Assembly: GCF_004010195.1 (NCBI RefSeq)
Contig: NC_057720.1
Span: 20,459,673-20,500,366, forward strand
DNA: 40,694 bases
Direction: 5' to 3'
DNA from: Chiloscyllium plagiosum
Lineage: Eukaryota
Part shown: one piece after another, positions 12,251-24,135 of the stretch
Layout: every line of letters starts with the position of its first letter
How positions within the stretch are numbered: position 1 is the first letter of the stretch
Program-made: the position numbers and the translations under genes
Notes under the pieces: generated by a model
Database searches by the model: none
Seen by the model: only the letters and a program-made list of their open reading frames with translations
Told to the model about the DNA's origin: nothing

Positions 12251-13800
12251 AGGGCTGAACCTTACTTTTTTGGCTACATGCATATTGTCTCAAGTTTTGA
12301 GAGATTTTCTACAAGAGCCCTAGTGTGTTTTCTCACCATATTTTACCAAACAGCACATTAACTACCTTCTGTCACTCAATTCCAGCCCCATCATAATCTA
12401 CACCATTCCCAAAACAGCTCACCATTGCTGGGAAATCTCAGAATTAACTCACATCCCTGCATCAGTGCAGTGTTTAAAATCCCACTGTGAGTTCAGACAA
12501 GCACTGGCAGGCTGAAGCTGCTCTGCACAACTCTCAACATGCGCCCTGGACATGGCAGACAGGGGGAAATCAGCAGCCCACTTTGCAGTCGGGGACTTAG
12601 AGGTCCTGCTGGACAGTGTTGTGCACTGGCAGGGCCTCATCTTCTCCCAGGACCAGCAGAGAAGTCCAAGATACCAGACTAGGCCAGCTTGGTCTGAAGT
12701 TGCGTCACCCAGGTTAAAGCCCTCAGCCGTGTGGAAGGATGCCCAGCGCCGTAGGAAGAGGGCATCAATATCCTGTCCACTCCACAGCACAAGTGCCATC
12801 AGCTTCTCTCTGATACCTCATACACACTCCAGCACTGCTACTGAAGTCACCTCACACCAAGGCTCATGCTCTACTGCTCTCACATAAGAGAGACTGTAAC
12901 ATCTTTCCTCATTTGCTGTTATCTACTCCAACCCTCAATAGCACTAACTCTGCATGCCTTCACTGCTGCCTACTCATTCACTCAAGACACCTCTCAATTG
13001 TACTAAAAGTAATCAGCATGTGGCACCCACTAGGGCAGGAAGAATCAGGACAGGTGGTGGGCTGCCCAACATTTGGCTCCTCACCCCTTTACCATGGATG
13101 GCATTCAGACTGTGGTCATGCACAAGGTGCCTAAGGGGTGCCGACAGCCATAGCAAAGCTCTGCCTTTCAGTCTATGCTGAACAGCAAGGCAAGACAGAA
13201 GTGATCCAGCCTGGTGGCTTGGTTGAGGGAGTAAAACTCACAAAGACAAGACAAGGCAATCAAAGCATGGATGCTGTAGGCATCCAGGTCAGCTCAGAGT
13301 GAGAGTGAGATATGACAATGAGAGGAAGACCCTGGAGGTGCAGCCTGGTCCAGTCTAGAAGCTGGGTACATGTCCCTGAGCACGGTGTCCTTGCAACAAC
13401 ATTACAATGACCTTTGCCAGTGCAGCATTGAAGTGCTGATTGATCTGTAAGTGGATTAGAGATGTACCGTTAGGGTTTTAAGAGTCTGACCCATATGAGG
13501 TGCCAATGCCAGTGAACATGGGGTACATGCGGCAGGTGCCCATGGAGCATGCCCTGAGATGTTGGTGTCAAGCGTCCAATATTGGAGGCCTTTCAGAGCA
13601 GGAGTGAGCTGAATTCACCAGATACCCTCTGATTTGCAAGCCAAGTTATTGCAAAGTCTAGTATGTTTTGCACATTTGGTAAGATAGGAATCTGAACGTT
13701 AATGAAGTGAGTTTGAATAATAAGCAATAATTCCCCACTTTCATCTGCAATTGCCACTGCCTAGTGAGAAACTTTCCACATCTCTGGTCAAATTCATAAA
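12251..13800 (+). mobile_element. Harbinger-derived element (copy 2) with Myb/SANT-like ORF remnant
   Basis: ORF 12552..12887 AAHFAVGDLEVLLDSV...TRPAWSEVA...AQRRRKR resembles the Myb_DNA-bind_5-type domain of PIF/Harbinger accessory proteins; starts GGGCTGAA. Confidence 0.6.
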
Positions 13801-14279
13801 AGAGGGAGCAAAATGCTCCTGATGTTGAGATACCGCCCCCGCCATAATGATTTGGCCACAAATCCCACCCAAGCCTGTGTCTCTCAGATCCCTATTCAAT
13901 TCATCCAAACTTAACCGCCAGTAATAATATATTATAAACCTTCATCACAAGTGCTTAATAGAATAAGAAAACAGATGTTTTCATGATGTTTTTCATGGAA
14001 CATTGTAAGAAAATAGAGCACGGCCAATTCAAACATTTTTGACAACTCAGTGGGTCTTCTCTAATATTTCGCTGGCAATGTGTGTCTGTGCAGCAGCTGG
14101 GAATGCATTCAAGGACTGCGAGACGAAAATCATAACTGCTCTCTTTCCAAAAACAATGAGGACAATAAAAATATAACGTAAACAAAATGTCCTAAGTTGA
14201 AATGAAGGTCGAAACTTTGGTGAACTGTACCCATGCATTACTGAGGATGCAAGCCACATTTGAAATTTAATGGAACAAA

Positions 14280-14380
14280 CACTGAGAATCCTTGAGAAAA
14301 TTAGCAGGCCTGGTAGCATCCACAGAGACAGGGAGAAACAGAGTTAACGGTTTGAGTCTGAACTATCTCTTCTTCAGAAT
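14280..14380 (-). mobile_element. Penelope-like terminal fragment (second family), degenerate hammerhead core
   Basis: Minus strand reads CTGAAGAAGAG...CTCAAACCGTTAAC; homologous to 31540-31732 and 36765-36870. Confidence 0.55.
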
Positions 14381-15926
14381 GGGCTGGATGTGTCTGATTG
14401 CTCCTAGCTTGGCCAAGTAGTTCCAACAATGCCAGAGGCCAAGTAGTGGCTATTTGCTGGGATTATAGGAAAGGGGTATTGCATTGTGGACTAAGATTAA
14501 GTCGGGGCTTTTTGGGCGGTGGGGGATCAGGGATTCTAGTGGGACCGGGGGCAATCGTGTTTGAGGTGGGGGTATGGGGAATGCGTAGAGGGACAAACAT
14601 CCTAAGGGTTTACCCCTATGCACAGAGAACACTCTCACCCAAAGGTGGTGCTCACACCTTCTGACCAGCCCTCAGATGATGAACAAAGTGCTCTCTTTTC
14701 TCTATGAAGACAGTGGGGGTGGAATTGGACTCTTAACTTGCCTTGAATTGACCAGTTAAAGGCCTTGATAGGCCAAAGGACTGTACTATAGCAGATGACA
14801 CAGAGGGGTGCAGAAGGCTGAGGGGTAGCTGTCTTTCCTATTTTACATGCCAACCCCTCCAACCACCCAACTTTCTTCTCACACTGCTAAACTTTCAGCC
14901 AGCAGGCAACCATTAAAACCCCACCAGTGTATTCGTAGACAAATTCTGTTGACTGGGAATTTAAAAAAAGGTTGATTGTACGCATAAATCCGTTAATAAA
15001 GAGGTGAAATTTTCCATTATTGCAATCTCCAGTCTTAGCCAATAGGCGTAATCCCTCGTCAAAAGTGAACAATTCACCAAGTGAATTTATAATCCTGTGA
15101 ACAAGTCTGGTAAAGGTTTTTTTTTAAATAGCTTCTTTAATAACGTTATCTTTAGTGTACGCATGAATTCTTAGGAAAAAAGCATATCTTGCCATTTATG
15201 GTCTGAATGGGATTAAGGTGCATTTCCTCTTTGTTAGTTACACTGCCTCTCCCTTGATTAGGATTCTGTCTGTCAATGCTGTTAAAATATTTTGTTTTCA
15301 TACACAAGGCTTGTGGTGAGTCATCTACTAATGAGCTGTTCAAATATGCAAGGCACACATCACATCTAATCAATCAAAGCTAAGACCTCCTCCACCAACA
15401 ATTGTGCACGTATCTGGGAGTATTTTTTGTCTTCTGTATAAAGTTTAAAGATTTTGTTTTACAGAACCGGGGAAAGAAGACACCTCAGTAAAACCTTTTC
15501 TCCTTAATGTTCCACAAAAGTTGAAAGCTAGCCTTTTGTCCCTACTCCTGGGGTCCTCCCCACATAAACACAGGAGTCAGACTTTGGTCCACCAGAGCAT
15601 TTCATGGACTGAATTTGGAATCCCAGACGTAGGGTTAATTCCATAATGGGAGCTCATGGCTGCACATACACAAACAATAGAAAGGTTCACTCTTTCTTAC
15701 TGAAGGAAAATGAGTGCTGAGTCCTACTGATTTCTTTTATTGATTCACCAGTGGGATGTGGGTGTCGCTGGCTGGCCAGCATTTAATGCCCATCCCTTGT
15801 TGCCCTTGAGATGAGGGTGGTGAGCTGTCTTCTCGAATTGCTGTAGTCTATGTGGTAGACCCATAATGCTATTAGGGAAGGAATTCCAGGATTTTAATAC
15901 AGTCACAGTGCAGGAACGGTGATATG

Positions 15927-16224
15927 ATTAGATTAGATTGTCTACAGTGTGGAAACACCACCCCTTCAAAGAGAAACCCACCCAAACCCATTCCCCTACC
16001 CTATATTTACTCCTGACTAACACACCTAACACTGTGGGAAATTTAGCATGGCCAATTCACCTGGCCTGCACATCTTTGGATTGTGGGAGGAAACCGGAGC
16101 ACCTGGAGGAAACCCATGCAGACATGGGGAGAATGTGCAAACTCCAAACAGACAGGTGGGAATTGAACCCAGGACCCTGGTGCTGTGAGGCAGCAGTGCT
16201 AACCACTGAGCCATCGTGCTGCCC
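15927..16224 (-). mobile_element. HE1 SINE
   Basis: (gatta)n tail, core and head in reverse complement. Confidence 0.9.
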
Positions 16225-16472
16225 AATGTTTCACCATTCAGGATGGAGAGTGGCTTGGAGGGTAACTTGCAGGTAGTGATAGTTCCATGTCTTTGCTGCC
16301 CTTGTCCTTCTAGATGGAAGTGGTCATGGGAGGTGCTGGCTAAGATGTTTGGTGAATTTATGCAATGGATCTTGTAGATAGTACACACTGCAGCAACTAA
16401 GTGTTGGTACTAGAGGGAGTGGATTCTTGCAGATGTGGTGCCAATTAAGTGGGTAGCTTTGTCTTGGATGGT

Positions 16473-16585
16473 AGGAGAAAGTGAGGACTGCATCAGTTTC
16501 CTGATGAAGGGCTTATGTCCAAAACATCAATTCTCCTGCTCCTCAGATGCTGCCTGACTGGCTGTGCTTTTCCAGCACAACACTC
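16473..16585 (+). mobile_element. Penelope-derived mini-element with hammerhead core and 14-bp TSD
   Basis: CTGATGAAGGGCTTATGTCCAAAAC at 16501; flanked by ttgtcttggatggt (16459-16472) and ttgtcctggatggt (16586-16599). Confidence 0.75.
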
Positions 16586-17400
16586 TTGTCCTGGATGGTG
16601 TCAAGCTTCTTGAATGTTATTGGAGGTGCATCCATCCAGGCAAGTAGGGAGTGTTCCATCACACTCCTGACTTGTGCCATGCAGATGATGGAAAGGATTT
16701 GGAGAGCCAGGGGGTGAGTTACTTGCCACAGTGTTCCTGGCCTCTAACCTGCACTTGTAGCCACTATGTTTTATATGACGATTCTAGTTGGGTTTCCGAT
16801 CAATGTTAATCCCAAGAATGTTGATAGTAGGGGATTCAGTGATGGTAACATAATTGAAAGTCATGGGGCAATTGTTAGATTCTTTCTTTCTAACAGCAGA
16901 GAAGCAGCAGAAAGGTGATAAAGGCAGCAAGTTTTGTGAAATGTTCTCAATTGTGAGAATGTCCAACTTAGCAAAGTAATCAAACCCTACAAGGCAAACT
17001 ATTCCAGATGCTGGAAATCTCAGATAAAAACAGAAAATATAGGAAATAGACAGCAGGTCATGCTGTATCTCACAGTTTGTATGGATTATGCCTTTAAGAG
17101 ACATACTCATGGTATCACTATCATCGTGTGTGTGACCTGATGGTACGAAGGTCTTAATCTCCATGTTTTTGGGGCCACTTGCAGCATGACACATTGAGGG
17201 AAGTAATAAGCAGTTTGTAACTGAATTATTCAGTAATATCCCAGACACAGAAATCCCAATGATTGTAATAGGTATAGAATAATTGGATCACTCCTTCCAC
17301 CCAGTAAGCACAGGTACCTTGCATTAAATTGAGTTTCTGTGATATTTCTGTACTCTGTAACTTTGGATTAGCATTAATAATGTTGTAGAAACTAGCATTT

Positions 17401-17538
17401 AACATCTCTCAAATTTCAAATTGAGTTTCAGTTTTGGTATGATGGGAAAATAATTAATTTACATGGAACACATCATATTAAAGCAAATCGTGAATTGGCA
17501 CATGGCTCCATGGATGTCAATGTCCTGATTCATTAAAG
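17401..17538. repeat. Left arm of an approximately 138-bp inverted repeat
   Basis: Reverse complement aligns to 18920-19056 with 11 substitutions and 1 gap by manual alignment. Confidence 0.9.
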
Positions 17539-18064
17539 GATGGAAATTTATTCTTGTAGCATACATATGGGCCATTCAGCCCAAAACATCTATGAGACTA
17601 TTTTTCCTCACATAATTTAATTCCTTGTTCTTTGTTCCCCATTTCATTTCATGTTCCACTATTTCCAGCAATGGGGTGCCTCAAATATTGGCGCTTGCTA
17701 AACATTTCATTCTCTCCTGCCTTCCAACCTTTCACTGACTGTCTCTTTTGTTCTTTTCTCAGTCCTTCTGTCTTTCACTTATTTAAACCTTGTTACATTA
17801 ATGTAAGACCATCCACCTGAAATGGCAGCCTGGGTTAGATTAGGTTGCAGTCCATTACAGCAGGAAACATAGTGGCCATATTCACTTAAATCATAGGGAG
17901 AGGCCTTTGTCAATGGGAGAAACTCTTCCCCTTCCCAATTAAGCCAACAGACGGAAGGTGCTGCTGTGGGATTCCTGGCTGCTGTTGTTGAGCTATCAGT
18001 CAGGCTCATTAATGAGCCCAATGTATTGTGATAGTGGTTCCGGGATTAAATGGAGCCACATAGA

Positions 18065-18919
18065 ACCATACAAATGATACAGCACAGAAGGAGGGCATTT
18101 GACCTGAAGATATCCAGATGCCTTTTCTAATCCCATCTTCCTGCACACAGCAGATAATCCTGCTTCAGGTGCAGATCCAGGTACTTCTTTTTTAGTCATG
18201 ATTTGGAGATTAGATTCTCTACAGTGAGGGAACAGGCCCTTCGGCCCAACCAGTTCACACCGACCCTCCGAAGAGTAACCCACCCAGACCCCTCTGACTA
18301 ATGCACCTAACCCTATGGGCAATTTAGCATGGCCAATTCACCTGACCTGCACATCTTTGGACTGTGGGAGAAAACCAGAGCATCCGGAGGAAACCCACAC
18401 AGACATAGGGAGAATGTGCAAACTCCATACAGGCAGTCGCTGAGGCTGGAATCGAACCTGGTACTGTGAGGCAGTAGTGCTAACCACTGGGCCACCGTGC
18501 CACCTGCGATGCCAGTGTTGGACTGGGATGGACAAAGTTAAAAAATCACACAACATCAGGTTATGGTGCAATAGGTTTATTTGGAAGCACTAGCTTTTGG
18601 AGTGCTACTCCTTCATCAGGTGATTGTGGAGAGTAAGTTGTAAGACACAGAATTTACAGCAAAAGTTTACAGTGCAGTGTAACTGAAATTACATAATGAC
18701 AAAGACCTGGATTGTTTGTTAAATCTCTTATCTTTTAGAATGACCATGTTGGTTTCAGTTCTTTCATATGTAAATCACAAAACTTTTTTCAAAAGTTACA
18801 TTCTCAAGAGAACTTTAACAAATAGTGTCATGTCGGCCCTTCTTTTTTAGTGTGTTTTTAAAAAGATTAGGGTCTCTGCGACCACTAACTCAGACAGCAA
18901 ATTCCAGACACCCACCACT
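18065..18919 (-). mobile_element. CR1 3' fragment split by an HE1 SINE (18208-18502) and a Penelope-like fragment (18503-18840)
   Basis: cagcacagaaggagggcatt and aattccagacacccaccactct are CR1 tail pieces; HE1 is recognisable; the minus strand has CTGATGAAGGAGTAGCACTCCAAAAGC at about 18592-18618. Confidence 0.7.
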
Positions 18920-19056
18920 CTTTGATGAATCAGGACATTGACATCCGTGGAGCCATGTGCCAATTCATGATTTGCTTTAATATGGTGTGTTCAATGCAAA
19001 TTAATCATTTTCCCATTATACCAAAACTAAATTCAATTAGAAACTTGAGAGATGTT
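18920..19056. repeat. Right arm of the approximately 138-bp inverted repeat
   Basis: Inverse of 17401-17538. Confidence 0.9.
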
Positions 19057-19167
19057 TTCGGAGAAATTAGCCCAATAAAGCAGAGATCACAAAACACAGT
19101 TCGAAGTGAAATTAACAAATAGCTTATTAACACAGCGACATCGCAGAAGAGAAATTGACTAAGCTGA

Positions 19168-19383
19168 AACCCACCCAGAGCCATTCCCCTAACTAATGCA
19201 TCTATCACTATGGACAATTTACCTGGCCTTCACATCTTTGGATTGTGGGAGGAAACTGAGCACGGGGAATAAACCCACGCAGACACAGGGAGAATGTGCA
19301 AACTCCACACAGTCACCTGAGGCTGGGATTGAACCCAGGTCCCTGGTGAGGCAGCTATGCTAACCACTGAGCCACTGTTCCAC
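19168..19383 (-). mobile_element. HE1 SINE
   Basis: Reverse-complement core and head. Confidence 0.85.
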
Positions 19384-19384
19384 T

Positions 19385-19725
19385 CCTAAATGTTGAAGGA
19401 GGTCAGGGAGGAAGTAGCAGATGCTCTGAGGATTAGTTTCCAACCTTCTCTAGACACAAATGAAGTGCTAGAGGACTGAAGGAATGCAAATGTGGCTCCA
19501 TTGTGTCAAAAAGAGTACAAAGAAAATGTCAAACAATTATAGGCCAATTAGTCTGACTTCAGTGGTGGGCAAATTTGTTAGAATCAATCCTGAGAGATCA
19601 GCAAAACTGTCACTGACAAAGGCATGGAGTAATCAGGGACAGTTAGCATGGCTTTAAGGGAAGGCTAGGCCTTTGAGGAAGTGAGAAGGTGGCTTGAGGG
19701 TAGTGCAGTGGATGTGGTCTACATG
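19385..19725 (+). mobile_element. CR1 RT fragment, degenerate
   Basis: aattataggccaattagtctgacttcagtggtgggcaaa encodes NYRPISLTSVVGK. Confidence 0.8.
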
Positions 19726-20089
19726 TCTCTCATCATGTTGTCATACTTTCATTATGTTTGCATTATGATTGGTTCCTGGATTAAACCAATTACTGAATCT
19801 GAAACAAGTAGGTTCTGTATCACCATGTCTTAATTAATTCTGCAGATGAATTGTGAAACAGGTCACTCGGTGACAAGTTAGATTTTTCCATGACCTGTGT
19901 CAGCCCTGACTCAGTACTGATTAATTGATGAATATTCACAATATTCTGGCCTCATTCTATATAGTTTTACCAACAATTCTGTCTTTGTATTTGGCTACTC
20001 TTATCCAATGTGTACGCTTTGCTCAACTTAACTTCAGATTTTAATCTGTCACAGAAATCAAACCACTTCTTGGGAGAAATCACAGACAG

Positions 20090-20935
20090 AATCTTACTGT
20101 TTATTTTTGGGTGAGTGATAGTTGTGTCAAGAGTTTTTGGAGGGTTCTTCACTGCAAGGCAAGCTTTCTTGCCATATCTTAAGGAACGCGCCTCATTAAA
20201 GACCCACCGATGTCCCTATATCCGCTCCTCACCTGATTCTAGTCCCATTTTACCATGTGCCATTCCTGGAATAACTCACCATTACCAGGATAACCCAGAA
20301 TTGCCTGGCATCCTGGGCATCGACCCCATCTGAACAAACGCTGCCAGTGTGAAGCCAACCTGCACAGTTCTCAACATTTGACCTGAATATAGCAGACAAA
20401 GGAAATTTGGCACACTACCCCTGCTTTGCCGACAGGGACCCAGATGGTGTACAGACGGGACATCCTCTTCCCCCAGGACTAGCAGATGAAGCCATGAGAC
20501 TGGGCCATGCCAGCCTGGTGCATGGTTGCCACTTGGGTGAGTATTGTCTTAGCCATCTGGAAGAATGCCCAATGACCTTCTCCACTCTGTTAGTGTAAGT
20601 GCCACCACCTTCTCTGATGCCTCACACTCCCTCGACCTCAGCTACTGTGCCCACCTCTCACCAAGGCTCATGCCCTACTACTCTCACTACTGTCAGCCCC
20701 ATCTTCCCTCATTGATCTCATCTACCTCAACCCCCAGCAGCACTAACCCTGTCTGCTCTCATTGCTGCCTACTCACTCAGTCAGGAAACCTTCCCACCTG
20801 CACCAACAGTAATAGCTGTGCCACCCACTTTCTTCTTCCTTGACACCTGCCTCTGTCTCACTCAAGGAAGAAAACAGTCCCATAAGGGCAGGGTTAATCA
20901 AGACAGATGGTGAACAACCCCACATTTGTCTTGCC
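20090..20935 (+). mobile_element. Harbinger-derived element (copy 3, left part)
   Basis: gcagacaaaggaaat...tttgccgacagggac, ccaaggctcatgc and cactaaccctgtctgctctcattgctgcctactcactca match 12550-13000. Confidence 0.6.
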
Positions 20936-21194
20936 ACAGCCCACATCACTCAGGCCCCAATTACCCTCCTCGGATTAGCCCTGTAGCTGGAATGTTTGCA
21001 CTGATTCCTATGGGGAGACACAGAGTCTGGGTGTTCATCGGGAAGGCTAAAGGTTTATTTTTCTTGCTGATGATCTTTATCAAATTACAAAAAGGCAATG
21101 ATTCAATAATGTACCATTTGAGAACAATAATCTTTTTTATTGGTCCCAGAGTAGTGGCATACTCTGTTTTTCAAGAAGTCACACTGTGTTTGTA

Positions 21195-22070
21195 AATCTT
21201 CAATTAAAAGTTTATGATGACCATGAAACCATTGTTAACTGTGGTAAAAACCCATCTAGCATAATGTAGGGAAGGAAATATAAGTATAAGAGTATAAAAG
21301 CAGGCAGGTCATGTTAAAATTGTACACGACATAGGTTCGGTCACATTTAGAATACTGTGCACAGTTCTGGTCGCCACATTACCAAAAGGATGTGGGCACT
21401 TTGGAGAGGGTGCAGGGAAGGTTTACGAGGATGTTGCCTGGTATGGAAGGTGCTAGCTATGAAGAGAGGTTGAGTAGGTTAGGTTTATTTTCACTAGAAA
21501 AAAGGAGATTGAGGGGGGACCTGATTGAGATTTACAAAATCATGAAGGGTATAGACAGAGTGGATAGAGGGAGGCTTTTTCCCAGGGTGAAGGATTCAAT
21601 AACTAGTGGTCATGCTTTCAAGGTGAGAGGTGAAAAGTTTAAAGGGGATACATGTGGCAAGTACTTTACACAGAGGGTGGTAGGTGCCTGGAATGCGTTG
21701 CCAGCAGAGGTAGTAGAGATAGGCACGGTAGATTCATTTAAGATGCATCTGGACAGAAGCATTAATAGGTGGGGAGCAGAGGGATACAGATGCCTAAGAA
21801 TTGGGTGACAGGTTTAGACCGTGGATTTAGATTGGCTCAGGCTTGAGGGCTGAAGGAGCTGTTCCTGGGCTGTAAATTTTCTTTGTTCTTTTTTTTTGAA
21901 ATGTGTTGCCCTTTCCTGGTCTGGCTGACATGTGACTCCAGACCCACAGCAATGTGGTTGATTCATAATTGAAATGGCCATGCAGGTACACAGTTAAAGA
22001 GCAAATTAAAATATGACAACAAATGCTAGCCTGCCAGTGACGCCCACATCTTGTTAATGACTTTTTTAAA
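21195..22070 (+). mobile_element. Deu-domain SINE interrupted by a CR1 3' fragment
   Basis: atgaccatgaaaccattg...aaaaacccatct...agggaaggaaat before the CR1 insert, and cctggtctggctgacatgtgactccagacccacagcaatgtggttga after it. Confidence 0.65.
21283..21897 (+). mobile_element. CR1 LINE 3' end
   Basis: ORF 21392..21808 LERVQGRFTRMLPG...LFSLEKRRLRGDLIE...FTQRVVGAWNALP. Confidence 0.92.
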
Positions 22071-22119
22071 ATTCCATTTCAACATAAGCATGTACTAGTT
22101 ATACAGGGCTCTTACGGTA

Positions 22120-22416
22120 GATTAGATCACTTACAGCGTGGAAACAGGCCCTTCGGCCCAACAAGTCCACCCCAACCAGACCCATTCCCCTACATTTACC
22201 CCTTCGCCTAAGGCTACGGGCAATTTAGCATGGCCAATTCACCTAACCTGCACATCTTTGGACTGTGGGAGGAAACCGGAGCACCCAGAGGAAACCCACG
22301 CAGACAAGGGAAAAATGTGCAAACTCCACACAGACAGTTGCCCGCAGTAGGGAATTGAACCCAGGTCTCTGGAGCTGTGAGGCAGCAGTGCTAACCACTG
22401 TGCCACAGTGCCGCCC
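22120..22416 (-). mobile_element. HE1 SINE
   Basis: Complete head (gggcggcactgtggcacagtggttagc on the minus strand), core and tail. Confidence 0.9.
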
Positions 22417-23036
22417 ATCAAGGTAACGACCTTACCTCTGAGCTTCAAGTCCCGCATAGTTCAGAGATGTCTCGTAACACCTCTAATCACATTATTTTAG
22501 AAGTATCTTGATTCATGAAGGAAACAGCAACTCACACTAGATTATCACATTGCTTAGTGCCACTGCTAACCTTAGTGGGCTGAAATTTTGGATTGGAAGA
22601 AGAATGATAAGAAGAAATGATGCCATTGGGTGGCATGCTCTTTTATTGTCTACATTCTGAGGATTTTCCCAAGGTCTGTGGAGGGGTTGGGGTTATGTGT
22701 GTGTGCGCACGCATGTGTTGAGGGCCTGGGGGAAGGAGAGCATGAGGGATGAGTGGGAAGGTGAAAGCACCCAATCTGCTAAGAGGGCAGATTGACCTCT
22801 TGAAACTTGCAAGAGGGACTGGTGGCCATTAGGAGTTCTTGACCAGTTCCAGTAGCAGTAGCAGTAATCTGAGACACAACTGTTTTCTAACTGCCATTGG
22901 CATCACCTCCTAAAAGCACGAGAACAGGTTGGAAACCACTTGACGTAAGATCTAAAGGCTTGTTAAAATGGTGTGTCAATGATCTCTCGATGTGTTTCTT
23001 TTCATGTTACAATACCCTTAACATTTACTCACACTG

Positions 23037-23214
23037 GGGCTAGATTAGAGTGGTGCTGGAAAAGCACAGCAGGTCAGCATCCAAGGAGCTGAAAATCGAC
23101 GTTTTGGGCAAAAGCCCTTCATCAGGATGCTGCCTGACCTGCTGTGCTTTTCCAGCAACACTCTAATCTAGACTCTGATTTCCAGCAAGTGCAGTCCTCA
23201 CTTTTGCTGAGTTG
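23037..23214. mobile_element. Penelope-derived palindromic mini-element with 14-bp TSD
   Basis: Inverted arms tagattagagtggtgctggaaaagcacagcaggtcag and ctgacctgctgtgcttttccagcaacactctaatcta; TSD atttactcacactg at 23023-23036 and 23215-23228; minus-strand CTGATGAAGGGCTTTTGCCCAAAACGTC. Confidence 0.8.
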
Positions 23215-23339
23215 ATTTACTCACACTGCGTAACTTTAACCCTAACCACAAATTCAAACCCAAGTCTAACCCTAACATCAATCCTCATTCCCTAACTGTA
23301 CCTCTTGACCCTAATTTCTAAATCTAAAACTAACTGTCC

Positions 23340-24135
23340 ACAGCATTCACAATCTATCTGTTGCTTTTGAATTGTTGACTGCACCATGATCCCTGACTCT
23401 CTTCCATCCGAATGGGACTAATCCTAACTGGTCCCATTCTGAACTATCTAATCATAGCCAAAGTATCATTTGCAATGGGCTCTCTTCCTACTCAGACTGG
23501 TACCTCTGGTGTCCCCCAAGGATCTGTCTTGAACTCCCTCCCCTTTTATTTCTCATTTACACGCTGCCCCTTGCCATTACCTGGAGGCACTGCATTAGTT
23601 TTCTATTTGCATACTGACAGCACCAAACTGTCTATCACCATTACTTCCCTTGATTCCTCCACTGACGCTAAACTATCCAGTATTCAGTACTGAATGGGCA
23701 GAACCCTATCTCTAATTAAGTATTGAGAAGACTGGAGCCAGTGTTTGGTCCCTGTTTCAAATTAGCTACCAACGTTGTCTCTCTCTCTCCGTGGTAACAG
23801 TCCAAGATTAAACTAATCTGTTTATAAATTTAGCATCATAGTTGATACCATACTTAGATCATCATTATGATTTCCTATGTCCAACCTCATAACATGACCC
23901 CTGCTGCATCTTTCTATCAGTTCATATGCAGCCAGAACCCTTTTATGTCCTCTGGATGTCAATATTTCAAATATTTCCAGCTGGCCCCTCACATTCTACC
24001 CTTAAAATAATCCAAAACACTCTGTCGCCTGTGTCTTAACTTGCATCACGTCCTGTTTACGACACACGCCGGTTCACCCTGACCTACTGTGGCACCTTGT
24101 CCAGCTACCTTTTGATTTTAAAATTCTTATTCTTG
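23340..24135 (+). mobile_element. L2-like LINE RT fragment, old
   Basis: SGVPQGSVL and YLHTDSTKL (degenerate YADDTQL). Confidence 0.6.

Larger units (their letters stand above)
15745..16885 (-). mobile_element. Old LINE (CR1/L2 group) 3' fragment with nested HE1 and Penelope insertions
   Basis: Tail gtgggatgtgggtgtcgctggctggccagcattt; minus-strand ESPTINILGINIDRK resembles a post-RT LINE motif. Confidence 0.7.

Noticed and set aside
16784..17248. 154-aa minus-strand ORF
   Set aside because: Chance read-through across unique sequence, a Penelope-like scrap and a LINE fragment; no coherent domain.
18922..19122. Inverted-repeat arm as a duplicated coding exon
   Set aside because: The same frame in the other arm has a TAA stop, and the other frames are closed.
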